Shown here one piece after another: positions 1 through 12,419 of a DNA stretch of 64,000 bases. The DNA lies in assembly GCA_038087875.1 (NCBI GenBank), contig CM075995.1, positions 4,404,001 through 4,468,000 on the forward strand. Reading direction: 5' to 3'. Position 1 is the stretch's first letter; every line of letters starts with the position of its first letter. The position numbers were made by a program, and so were the translations under genes. The notes beneath the pieces are model-generated. The model saw nothing but the letters and a program-made list of their open reading frames with translations, searched no databases and was not told the origin of the DNA. The stretch is from Malacoraja senta (Eukaryota).

Positions 1-109
1 GATGGCAGGGGGGGGGGGGGTTAAGAAGGCAATCGGTGCGGAATGGATGGATTGAGGCAGGTGAATTAGTACGTGTTGGTTGGAGTATGTAAAATTGTAA
101 GGGGAGAGC

Positions 110-1300
110 ACGGGGGATATCAGTGGTTTTGAATGGGGGGATCTGTACGGGATCGATGGGGGGGGATCAGTACAGGATGAATGGGAGAATCAGTACCAGG
201 ATGAATGGGGGTAGACAAAAATGCTGGAGAAACTCAGCAGGTGAGGCATCATCTATGGAGCGAAGGAAATAGGCAACGTTTTGGGTCGAGACCCTTCTTC
301 AGACTGTTCCCCCATTCTTCTTGAATGGGGGGATCAGTACAGGATGGATAGGGGGGGGTCAGTGCAGGATGAATTGGGGGGTCAGTACAGGATGAATGGG
401 AAGATCACTACAGGATGGATGGGAAGATCACTACAGGATGGATGGGGGGATCGATGCAGGATAAATGGAGGGCGGATCAGTACAGGTTGAATGGAGGGTG
501 GGTCAGTACAGGATGAATGGGGGGCCAATAGACAATAGACAATAAACAATAGACAATAGACAATAGACAATAGGTGCAGGAGTAGGCCATTTGGCCCTAG
601 ATGATGCCTCACCTGCTGAGTTTCTCCAGCATTTTTGTCTAATCCCATTCATCCTGGTACTGATTCTCCCATTCATCCTGTACTGATCCCCCCCCATCAT
701 GGCTGATCATCCACAATCAGTACCCCATTCCTGCCTTCTCCCCATATCCCCTGACTCCGCTATTTTTAAGAGCCCTATCTAGCTCTCTCTTGAAAGCATC
801 CAGAGAACCTGCCTCCACCGCCCTCTGAGGCAGAGAATTCCACAGACTCACCACTCTCTGTGAGAAAAAGTGTTTCCTCGTCTCCGTTCTAAATGGCTTA
901 CTCCTTATTCTTAAACTGTGGCCCCTGGTTCTGGACTCCCCCAACATCGGGACATGTTTCCTGCCTCTAGTGTGTCCAAGCCCTTAACAATCTTATATCT
1001 TTCAAACAGGATGGATCAGTACAGGATGGATGGGGGTCAGTTCAGGATGGATGGGGTAGCAGTGCAGGATGAATGGGGGAGATCAGTGCAGGATGGATGG
1101 GAAGGGGGGTCAGTACAGGATGAATTGGGGGACCAGTGTAGGATGGATGGGGGTGGCAGGAGAATCAATGCGAGGTGGATAGGGTGATCAGTGCAGGATG
1201 AATAGATTGTTGGGGGGGGGGGGCGTATATGGGGAGGGGAGAACAGGGGATGTCAGTGAGGACTGAATAGAGGCGGGAATGGGGATCAGTGCGGGATGGA
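110..1300. repeat. Degenerate ~25-bp G-rich tandem repeat (ggatgaatggggggatcagtaca) with nested inserts
   Basis: Direct inspection. Confidence 0.8.
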
Positions 1301-1898
1301 GAGGAGGGGTCTCCGGATAAGAGGGGTGGAGGGGGCATACAAGAGAGAGAGAGAGAGAGAGGGGGTGAGGTGGGGAGGAAGGAAGGTCAGCGCTCCACGG
1401 ACAACATCGCTGCCTTGGCCGTCCCTGTCCACCGCCAAGTGCCGCCGCCAAAGGGGGAGGCGGTTGGGATCTCCTCGCCACCGCCTCCCCTCCTCCGCCA
1501 GCCAACAGCAAGGTGCGGGGCCGAGCGGTGCAGCTCAAAGATCCTATAGCTATAGGATCTTTGGTGCAGCTGCTTCAGACGGCGGAAGGAGGCCTCCCCC
1601 TCCCTCCCTCGGTGTGCGAGAGGGTTTGGTTTGTTTGGTTATCGCCGTTAGGGGATTTGCAAGCAGCGGCCGCTATCAGGACGGGCGGGGTGCGGCAGGA
1701 GGAGGAGGTGGAGCCGCTATCGCGGCTGCTGCTGCCGCTGTGCGGGGCCCGTCATTCGCTCCGACCCTTCGTCACCCCGCACCTAGAAACTTTGCCCCGC
1801 ACACGAAACGTCACGTTCCTTTTCTCCAGAGATGCTGCCTGACCCGCTGAGTTACTCCAGTTTTTTGTGTCTATCTTCGGTATAAACCAGTATCTGCA

Positions 1899-1992
1899 GT
1901 GCCAAGCCGGGCAAAATGACTCGGCGTTTAGGTTGCCCGGCGGCACTTTGGGTGGTCATTGGCACCCGGGCAACCGCTAATTTCGAGCCCTG
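1899..1992. mobile_element. Right end of another CAGGGCTC-terminus element (left end probably outside the window)
   Basis: gccaagccgggcaaaatg...gggcaaccgctaatttcgagccctg is nearly identical to 49358-49450. Confidence 0.8.
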
Positions 1993-2770
1993 GACGCCGT
2001 AAACTAACTCCACTGATGAAGATTGCAAGACCTGCTTTGGTGCGGTGCGAATCCCCAGCAGGACCCACGGTAACTTCCATCCAACCGGGACCGGTGAGGT
2101 GAGTCTTCAAATCGTCCTTAAACGTTCCACCAATCCATTGGACTGGGGGTGATAAGCCGTCGAGTGGTGGAGCTGTGTCCCCAACAGGCGAGCTGTTGCG
2201 GACCACAGCTCCGACGTGAACTGGGCACCCCGGTCAGATGAGATGTCCAGCGGTACCCCGAAACGGGCAATCCAATAGGCCACCAGGGCACGTGCGCAGG
2301 ACAGGGTCGAGGTGTCGACAAGCGGGATGGCCTCCGGCCACCGGGTGAAACGGTCCACCACCGTAAGCAGATGCAAAATGCCGCAGGACGGAGGCAGCGA
2401 CCCCACGATATCCACGTGGACGTGGTCGAAACGCCGGCGAGGCACCGCCATGTCTTGAACCGGTGCCCGGACCTTCGATGTTTGACATGGAATGCACTTC
2501 TGGGCCCAATGACCGACTTGTTTCCGCAACCCATGCCACATGAATCTTGTAGCAACCAACACCACCGTCGCCCGGATAGATGGGTGGGCCAAACCATGAA
2601 TGGCATCGAAAATCCGGCGACGCCAGGCCGCCGGAACAATAGGCCGCGGTTGCCCCGTGGAGACTGTGAAGCCGGCGGAACCCAAAGGAACGTCCTCGAG
2701 CACCAGTCCCGTGATCGCAGTTCGGTACGCCCTCATCTCCTCGTCCACCAGCAGAAGATCAGGCCCAGCA
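1993..2770 (-). pseudogene. Gypsy/Ty3 LTR-retrotransposon integrase fragment
   Basis: HHCC zinc finger (H-GLA-H...CIPC), VHVDIVG, VVDRFTRW, SDRGAQF and YHPQSNGLVER; continues after a frameshift as WVLLGIRTAPK...ELVYG. No LTRs seen. Confidence 0.9.
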
Positions 2771-4924
2771 GATATTTCTAAAGCGTCTAAATAGCTCATC
2801 TAAAACAGGACTCGATACTCTATTTGTAGCTTGTCATTCTCAGAATATGCATAACGTTATATATCGCGGGCGGCATCGTAGCGCAGCAGTAGAGTTGCTG
2901 CATAATAGCGCCAGAGACCTGGGTTCGATCCTGACTGCAGGTACTGTCTGTACGGTGTTTGTACGTTCACCCAATGACCGCATGGGTTTTCGTAAGTTAG
3001 TAAGTTATCGGAGCAGAATTAGGCCATTCAGCCCATCAAGTCTATTCTGCCTTTCAATCATGGCTGATCTATCTTTCCCTCTCAACAGAGTTAGATATAG
3101 CTCTTAGGGCTAACGGAATCAAAGGATATGGGGAGAACGCAGGAACGGGATACTGATTTTGGATGATCAGCCATGATCATATTGAATGGCAGTGCTGGCT
3201 CGAAGGGTCGAATGGCCTACTCCTGTACCTATTTTCTATGTTTTAACCCCATTCTCCTGCCTTCTCCCCATAACCCCTGACACCCGTACAAATCAATCTG
3301 TGACCACATGTGTTTTCTCCGGGTGCTCCCTCACTCCAAAGACGTACAGGTTTGTAGATTAATAGACAATAGGTGCAGGAGTAGGCCATTCGGCCCTTCG
3401 AGCCAGCACCGCCATTCAATGTGATCATGGCTGATCATCCACAATCAGTACCCCGTTCCTGCCGTCTCCCCATATCCCCTGACTCCGCTACCTTTAAGAG
3501 CCCTATCTAGCTCTCTCTTGAAAGTATCCAGAGAACCAGCCTCCACCGCCCTCTGAGAATTCCACAAACTCACAACTCTGTGTGAAAAGGTGTTTCCTCA
3601 TCTCCGTTCTAAATGGCTTACCCCTTATTCCTTATTGGCTTTGGTAAGTTGGAATGTTGGCATCGCTGGTCAGCGCCAACCCGGTGGGGTGAAGGGCCTG
3701 TTTCCACGATGTATCTCTAAACTAAACTAAATCTGTGAAATCTGTATCAACAATGTTCTACTGCCATCCCAGCTTCCTACAAACAGATAAGAATGCAAAG
3801 CAACTCTCTGCAGTTTTTCCACAGTCTCTTCTCTCTGCCCCACCCGGACTCACACATATTTCTCCCTCCCTTTCCCCCTATATTCCTACACAGTTCCTTC
3901 TATCCTTATCTCACCCCTTGTGTCTTTTCACCTCTGGTCTTTGTCCAACCATCTACCTATCAACAGCCAACCCTTGCTATCCCTCTCTCGATCTGTCCTT
4001 CCTTCATCCTAGTTCCCCGAATAGTCTGACTGTCCTCCTGATTAAATTGTACATTGTATGCCTCGTTGCCAACTTCCCCTAGCCAACAATGATCTATATT
4101 CTACATATTCCTTGAACTTCGTCCCCTTTGATCTCTTCTTTTCACACTTTACCCTTCCATATCTCTCGTTTCCCTATCCCCTCTCTCGGTCTGAAGAAGG
4201 GTCTTGACCGGAAACATCACCCATTCCTTCCATCCAGAGATGCTGCCTGTCCCACTGAGTCACTCCTTAAATGTTAATCTTCTGTGCCAAGCCTTGCACA
4301 ACAATATTGGCCTCACAGAATGATTAACTACAGCTATTGATAACTCCAGACATGGTCTACTTCCTTCAAAGCCTCATTGAGTTAGATGTTGAGACTAATG
4401 AAGTGTAAATAACTGATTTGTTTTTTATCCTTAACCACAATGGAATACACTGTCACTGGCTAACTCCATTATTACCGATATTGCTCAGCCCTCTGACTTC
4501 GACATCTAAGTGCCGCACAAAATGTTTACCTGTAGTCATGAGTACAATTTGGCCATTCAATCCATCAGGTCTACTCCGCCATTCAATCATTGGCTGATCT
4601 ATCTCTCCCTCCTAACCCCATTCTCCTGCCTTCTCCCCATAACCCCTGACACCCATACTAATCAAGTGGGCAGTAGCAGCTAGTGAAGTGCTATTCACCT
4701 TGTCTGCCCTGGTCCTGATGCTGTGCAAATTCCCTGTCATGGTTTCTTGCTGAAGCAATACACTGTATCCCGATATTGCTTTGGAAACAATGCACCTAAT
4801 ATTCTCGTATATCATTCTCCGACACGACCGGACATCGCATCCAAAATATCATTCTCTGGTTAGCGTGCAACAAAGGCTTTTCACTGTACCCTGGTATACG
4901 TGACAATAAACTAAACTAAACTAA

Positions 4925-5420
4925 TTCTCGACATTTAGGCCACCTTCAACGTGATCCCACCGACAGTCACATCTTCCCATCCCTACCCCTTTCTGCCTCC
5001 TGCAGTGACCGTTCACTCCGTAACGCCTTGGTTCTCTCATCCCTTCCCACCTACACCTCACCCTCCCCAGATACCTTCCCCTGCCAGCGTAGGACTTGTA
5101 ACACTTATCTCCGTATCACCTCTCTCAGATCTATCTAGAGACCCCAAACAGTCCTTCCAGTTGAGGCAGAGGTTCATGTCCACCCACTAGAACATCATTT
5201 ACTGGGGTCGGTGTTCCCAATGTGGCCTTCTTTACATTGGCGAGACCAAGTGTAGATAAGGCAAGCGTTTCGCCAAATACTTCCACTGGGCCCAAGGCTT
5301 GATGGATTGCCAACCACTTTAACTCCCCTTCCTATTCCCACACTGACCTTTCTGTCCCAGACCTCTATCCTTGCCAGAGTGTCGCCACACACAAACTGGT
5401 GGAACAGCACCTCACATTAA
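4925..5420 (+). mobile_element. Degenerate Penelope-like GIY-YIG fragment
   Basis: Homologous to 46842-47330 (e.g. tacattggcgagaccaag, accactttaactcccct). Confidence 0.75.
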
Positions 5421-5802
5421 CGTCATGAGGTCATAGATAACAGGAGGAGAATTAGGCCATTCGACCTATCAATCATGGCTGATCTATCTCTCCCTCCTTA
5501 CCCCATTCTCCTGCCTTCTCCCCATAACCCTTGACACCTATACTAATCAAGAATCTATTTATCTCTGCCTTAAAAATATCCATTGACGGGCTCCGCAGCC
5601 TTCTGTGGCAAAGAATTCCACAGATTCACCACCCTCTGACTAAAGAAATTTCTTCTCATCTCCTTCCTAAAGGAACATCCTTTATTTCTGAGACTATGAC
5701 CTCTAGTCCCAGCCCCTCCCACTAGTGGAAACATCATCTCCACATCCACTCTATCCAAGCCTTTCACCAACCGAATATTCTGCTTGGGTAGCTTACCTGA
5801 TG

Positions 5803-7830
5803 ATATAACCATATAACAATATAACCATATAACAATTACAGCACGGAAACAGGCCATCTCGACCCTTCTAGTCCGTGCCGAACACGTATTCTCCCCTAGT
5901 TCCATATACCTGCGCTCAGACCATAACCCTCCATTCCTTTCCCGTCCATATAACTATCCAATTTATTTTTAAATGATAAAAACGAACCTGCCTCCACCAC
6001 CTTCACTGGAAGCTCATTCCACACAGCCACCCCTCTCTGAGTAAAGAAGTTCCCCCCCATGTTACCCCTAAACTTCTGTCCCTTAATTCTCAAGTCATGT
6101 CCCCTTGTTTGAATCTTCCCTACTCTCAGTGGGAAAAGCTTATCCACGTCAACTCTGTCTATCCCTCTCATCATTTTAAAGACCTCTATCAAGTCCCCCC
6201 TTAACCTTCTGCGCTCCAAAGAATAAAGCCCTAACTTGTTCAACCTTTCTCTGTAACTTAGTTGCTGAAACCCAGGCAACATTCTAGTAAATCTCCTCTG
6301 TACTCTCTCTATTTTGTTGACATCCTTCCTATAATTAGGCGACCAAAATTGTACACCATACTCCAGAATTGGCCTCACCAATGCCTTGTACAATTTTAAC
6401 ATTACATCCCAACTTCTATACTCAATGGTCTGATTTATAAAAGCCAGCACACCAAAAGCTTTCTTTACCACCCTATCTACATGAGATTCCACTTTCAGTG
6501 AACTGTGCACAGTTATTCCAAGATCCCTCTGTTCACCTGCATTCTTCAATTCCCTACCATTTACCATGTACGTCCTATTTTGATTTGTCCTGCCAAGATG
6601 TAGCACCTCACACTTATCAGCATTAAACTCCATCTGCCATCTTTCAGCCCACTCTTCCAACCGGCATAAATCTCTCTGTAGACTTTGAAAATCTACTTCA
6701 TTATCCACAGCTCCACCTATCTTAGTATCATCTGCATACTTACTAATCCAATTTACCACACCATCATCCTGATCATTGATGTACATGACAAACAACAGTG
6801 GACCCAACACAGATCCCTGTGGCACCCCACTAGTCACTGGCCTCCAACCTGACAAACAACCATCCACCATTACTCTCTGGCATCTCCCATTCAGCCACTG
6901 TTGAATCCATCTTGCTACTCCACCATTAATACCCAACCATTGAACCTTCTTAACCAACCTTCCGTGAGGAACCTTGTCAAAGGCCTTACTGAAGTCCATA
7001 TATACAACATCCACGGCTTTACCCTCATCAATTTCCCGAGTAACCTCTTCAAAAAATTCAAGAAGATTAGTCAAACATGACCTTCCAGGCACAAATCCAT
7101 GTTGACTGTTCCTAATCAGACCCTGTTTATCCAGATGCTTATATATATTATCTCTAAGTATCCTTTCCATTAATTTGCCCACCACTGACGTCAAACTAAC
7201 AGGTCTATAATTGCTAGGTTTACTCTTAGACCCCTTTTTAAACAATGGAACAACATGCGCAGTACGCCAATCCTCCGGCACTATTGCCGTTTCTAATGAC
7301 ATTTGAAATATTTCTGTCATAGCCCCTGCTATTTCTACACTAACTTCCCTCAATGTCCTAGGGAATATCCTGTCCGGACCTGGAGACTTATCCACTTTTA
7401 TATTTCTCAAAAGTGTCAGTACTTCCTCTTCTTTGAATCTCATAGTTTCCATAGCTACTCTACTTGTTTCCCTTACCTCACATAATTCAACATCCTTCTC
7501 CTTGGTGAATACCGAAGAAAAGAAATTGTTCAATATCTCCCCCATCTCTTTTGGCTCTGCAGATACCTGTCCACTCTGACTCTCTAATGGACCAATTTTA
7601 TCCCTCGTTATCCTTTTGCTATTAATATAGCTATAGAAACCCTTTGGATTTACTTTCACCTTACTTGCCAAAGCAACCTCATAACTTCTTTTAGCTTTTC
7701 TAATTTCTTTCTTAAGACTCTTTTTACATTTTTTATACTCCTCCAGCACCTCATTTACTCCATGCTGCCTATAAATATTGTAGATCTCTCTCTTTTTCCG
7801 AACTGTCCAATTTCCCTTGAAAACCATGGG
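5803..7830 (-). mobile_element. 5'-truncated CR1-clade LINE with an uninterrupted ORF2 reverse transcriptase region (5896-7827)
   Basis: KSPGPD, YRPVSLTS, QHGF, DFSKAFDKV, GVPQGSVLGP, YADD and RRRLRGDLIEVFK motifs; short 3' UTR and (ATATAACC)n-type tail; no endonuclease domain. Confidence 0.95.
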
Positions 7831-8367
7831 AAAACCCTTGAAAAACTATATGCACATTGAATTCTCCAAGTTCAGGTAACTAAACTACTAACAACATCTC
7901 CTCCGCCCCTTTTAATTCCCCCTTCACTTCCCTGTGTCCCACCTGGATTCTTGCCCATTTCTCGCCTTTCCCTCCCCCTGTCTCCTTCCACCTAAATTCC
8001 TCCGGCTTCACAACGCGCAACCTTTCCATCCTTATCTCACACCTGATTATTCCACACTGAAATGATCAGTGAAATGATCATTTTTACTGTCTTCATTTCT
8101 GGCCTTCATCCAACCATCTACCTATCAAAAACTCCTCTGACCTATATCTACCTATCACTTGCCAGGCTTTGTCCTGCCCCCTCGACATGAAACGTCACCT
8201 CTCCATAGTTCTCCAGAGATGTTGACTGCACCGCTTACTTACTTCAGCACTCTGTCTTTTATTCAAAAAACAAGCATCTGCAGTTCCCTGTGTCTCCACC
8301 TACGTATCTACTACCTTTGGTTTACATTTAAACCCCACCGCTATCACACCCTTTCTTTTGGCATGTA

Positions 8368-9022
8368 AAGTTCAAGTTCAAATTTGCATTTATTGTCACT
8401 TAGCCAATTAAGTTACAGTGAAATTTGAGTTACCATACAGCCATACCAAGTGAAAAGAACGCAATACACACATAAAATAAAATTTTACATAAACATCCAC
8501 CACAGTGGAATCAACATTCCTCACTGTGATGGAAGGCAATAAAGTTCAGTCATCTTCCTCCTTTGTTCACCCGTGGTTGGGGCCTTGAACCCTCCGCATG
8601 TTCAGGCCCTCTCGTCGGGATGATCGAAACTCCGATGTCGAGACGGTTCGGAACACATGGAGTTCCCGAGTCGGCCGCTTCTTACCGGAGACTGCAGCGT
8701 CACGGTGTAAAAAGTCCACAGGCCCCGCGGTCCGAGCACTTCTTCTGGCAATCCTCGGCAAAGGATCGCAGCTCCGCGATGTTAAAGTCCGCACCGCGGC
8801 TTGGAGCTCCAGGCCGGTCTCCAGGAAAGGCCGCCGCGGGGGGGGGGGGGGGGGGGGGGGGGGTGCGTGGAGATGATGCACTGAAAAAAGTTTCCCTTAT
8901 TCATCCCCCCAACATAAACTAACCAAGAAACGTTGAAACACACATTTTAAACATACTTAAAATAATAAAAACATAGAAGGGACGTGACTGACTGCTGGCA
9001 AGGCAGCCATTGCTGGTGCCAG
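8368..9022 (-). mobile_element. Second copy of the GC-rich non-coding retroposon
   Basis: Shares gactttaacatcgcggagctgcg and ccttccNtcacagtg blocks with 28928-29772; (GAACTT)n tail. Confidence 0.7.
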
Positions 9023-10456
9023 TAAACTACTTGTTCCAAACAAACAAACAAATGGTGGCGCAGCGGTAGAGCTGTTGCCTTACAGCACCAGAGACCCGGG
9101 TTCGATCCTGACTATGGGTGCTTGTCTGTACGGAGTTTTACGTTCTTCCCGTAACCTGTATGCATTTTCTCCGAGATCTTCAGCTTCTCCCCACACTCCA
9201 AAGGCATACAGGTTTGCAGGTTAATTGGCTTGGTGTAAATGTAAAATTGTCCCTAGTGTGTGTTGGGTAGTGTTAATGTGCGGGATTGTTGGTCGGTGCT
9301 TCGCTGGGTCAAAGGGCTGGTTCCGCGTTGTACCTTGAAACTAAACATACCAATAGGGATTGGTTGCTCTGACATCTGCAACACATATTTCAATATTTTA
9401 CGTGTTGCTGTCCAAAGATTAAAGCTTTGAAACGCTGACGTGATTGTCTGCTGTAGTTGCCGCTGACAGGGGATGGAATTTGGCATTTTCAGCAGCATCA
9501 TCAATGAATTCTCAATTTACTCCAAGTCCATTCACAAATTCGCAGACGACTCCCCCATAGTGGGCCGAATATCAATAGTAACATAGAAACATAGAAAATA
9601 GGTGCAGGAGTAGGCCATTTGGCCCTTTGGGCCAGCACCGCCATTCAATATGATCATGGCTGATCATCCAGAATTAGTACCCCGTTCTTGCTTTCTCCCC
9701 ATATCCCTTGATTCCGTTAGCCCTAAGAGCTATATCTAACTCTCTCTTGAATACATCCACTGAATTGGCCTCCACTGCCTTCTGTGGCAGAGAATTCCAC
9801 AGATTCACAACTCTCTGGCTGAAAAGGTTTTTCCTCATCTCAGTCATAAATGGCCTACTCATTATTCTTAAACAGTGACCCCTGGTTCTGGACTCCCCCA
9901 ACATCGGGAACATTTTTCCTGCATCTAGCCTGTCCAATCCCTTAAGAATTTTATATGTTCCAACTAGACAAAGTGGGTCCCATGTTCACACAGGAGGGCT
10001 GGTCCTCCAATGCAATATTCCACCTCTCCACTAATTCCAATAATGGTGGCCAGTGGGGGGGGGGGGAGACTTTCTGGAGCGCTAGTATGGGTATTGTGGG
10101 CTGAAGGGACTGGTTTCCTGAGGGCTAGTATGGACATTGTGGGCCAAATGGATTCTTGTGGTGACAGCTCAGTCACTCAAGCCTGATGTGCTGGCAGCTC
10201 ACTCACGCTGGTGGGCAAGCAGTTGACTCACGGCTATTGGTGGGCAGTGGAAGCAGGTTCTCTGGGTGCTTTCAAGAGAGAGCTAGATAGGGCTCTTAAA
10301 AATAGCTGAGTCAGGGGATATGGGGAGAAGGCAGGAACGGGGTACTGATTGGGGTTGATCAGCCATGATCACATTGAATGGCGGTGCTGGCTCGAAGGGC
10401 CAAATGGCTTACTCCTGCACCTATTGTCTATTATCTATTGTCTATTGCTTGAAATT

Positions 10457-11002
10457 CCATTTCAAGCAGGGTGCAAGGCCACCAAATTCAAATGCAGTTC
10501 CCTACCATTTCAATCAGGGTGCAAGGCCACCAAATTCAAGTGCAGTTTCTTACCACTTCAAGCAGGGTGCAAGGCCACCAAATTCAATTGCAGTTTCATA
10601 CCACTTCATGCAGGGTGCAGGACCACCAAACTCAAGTGCAGTTTCATGCCACTTCAAGCAGGGTGCAAGGCCAGCAAATGCTAGTGCTGTTTAATTCCAT
10701 TTCAAGCTGGGTACAAGGCCACCAAATTCAAGTGCAGTTTCATACCACTTCAAGCAGGGTGCAAGACACCCAAATTGAAGTGCAGTTTCATACCATTTCA
10801 AGCAGGGTGCAAGGCAACCAAATTCAAGTGCAGTTTCATATCATTTCATGCAGGGTGCAAGGCCACCAAATTCAAGTGCAGTTTCATACCATTTCATGCA
10901 GGGTGCAAGGCCACCAAATTCAAATGCAGGTTCATACCATTTCATGCAGGATGCAAGGCCACCACATTCAAATGCAGTTTCATACCATTTCAAGCAGGGT
11001 GA
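10457..11002. repeat. 48-bp minisatellite, ~11 copies (inside Helitron-like element)
   Basis: Unit ccatttcaagcagggtgcaaggccaccaaattcaagtgcagtttcata. Confidence 0.95.
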
Positions 11003-11377
11003 AACCACCATAAAACCACACAAAACACCACTTAAACACCACTCACGGTTCAGTAGAAATTCAGTGTGTTCAGTTGATTCACAGCTCAGACAGTGTCATG
11101 ACCTCTCCCTCCCTCTTCTTGCAGAGACTGAGCCACACCCACACTTCCAAGTTTTATAATCCCACCGGAAGGGGCGTGGCCTTCATGGCATGATTGACAG
11201 GAGAGAGATTCTCAACATTTTTTTGAACACTAATAACACTTTTATTTTTCATTGATGGGAAGAATCCTCTGCACCTGATGAGCAGAAGGCGACCGAGTAA
11301 GATGGCTAAAAATCACAGCAGTAAGTGGTAGCGTTTTATCTAAAATCAATATGAAGTGCAAACAGGAAGTTGTCAAG

Positions 11378-11992
11378 TAACCACCAACAACCATTTGCAG
11401 TGCAGCATTTCACGGCAGTTACCACCACCAGCAACCATTTGCAGTGCAGCATTTAATGGCAGTTACCACCACCAACAACCATTTGCAGTGCTGCATTTCA
11501 CAACAGTTACCACCACCAACAACCATTTGCAGTGCAGCATTTCAAAGCAGTTACCACCACCAACAACCATTTGCAGTGCAGCATTTCAAAGCAGTTATCA
11601 CCACCAACAACCATTTGCAGTGCAGCATTTCAAAGCAGTTACCACCACCAACAACCATTTGCAGTGCAGCATTTCAAAGCAGTTACCACCACCAACAACC
11701 ATTTGCAGTGCAGCATTTCAAAGCAGTTACCACCACCAACAACCATTTGCAGTGCAGCATTTCAAAGCAGTTACCACCACCAACAACCATTTGCAGTGCG
11801 GCATTTCACGGCAGTTACCACCACCAACAACCATTTGCAGTGCAGCATTTCACGGCAGTTACCACCACCAACAACCATTTGCAGTGCAGCATTTCAAAGC
11901 AGTTACCACCACCAACAACCATTTGCAGTGCAGCATTTCAAAGCAGTTACCACCTCCAACAACCATTTGCAGTGCACATTTCAAAGCAACCA
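11378..11992. repeat. 44-bp minisatellite, ~14 copies (inside Helitron-like element)
   Basis: Unit ccaccaacaaccatttgcagtgcagcatttcaaagcagttacca. Confidence 0.95.
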
Positions 11993-12419
11993 CATTTTCA
12001 TTTTCAAACCACATTAAGGGCACTCACAGTTGAGTAGACATGTGTTCAGTGTTATTCACAGCTCAGAGAGACGTGACCCTCTCGCTTCCTCCATCTTGCA
12101 GAGACTGAGTGAGGCACAACACTTCCGGGTTTTATAGTCCATCCCCCCTCCCACCAGCAGGGGCAGCAGAGAGAATGTCAACTTTTAAAAAACATTAATA
12201 ACTCTTTTATTTTTCATCAATGAGAAAAATCCTCTTGTCCTGCGCAGCATAGGGGGACTCTGAGTAAGATGGCCAAAAATCACAGCCGTAAGTGGCAGCG
12301 TTTTTTCAAAAATCATGAAACAGAAAAACAGGAAGTGGTCAAGATCTTACTTTTAGTAATATAGATAACATCCCCTCTCATCCTTCTGAATATATGCCCA
12401 GTCAATCCATTATTTCAAA

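Larger units (their letters stand above)
9964..12365 (-). mobile_element. Non-autonomous Helitron-like element with a duplicated 5' module and internal minisatellites
   Basis: Minus strand A|TCTATATTACTAAAAG...TTGTCTAG|T with no TSD; removing it restores the CR1 sequence ttatatgttccaa|taacatcccctctcatcc. Confidence 0.85.

Noticed and set aside
10349..12037. Repetitive ORFs and CRISPR-like periodicity in the 44/48-bp arrays
   Set aside because: Units are contiguous with no unique spacers, there are no cas genes, the context is eukaryotic, and all frames are open because of the repeat.
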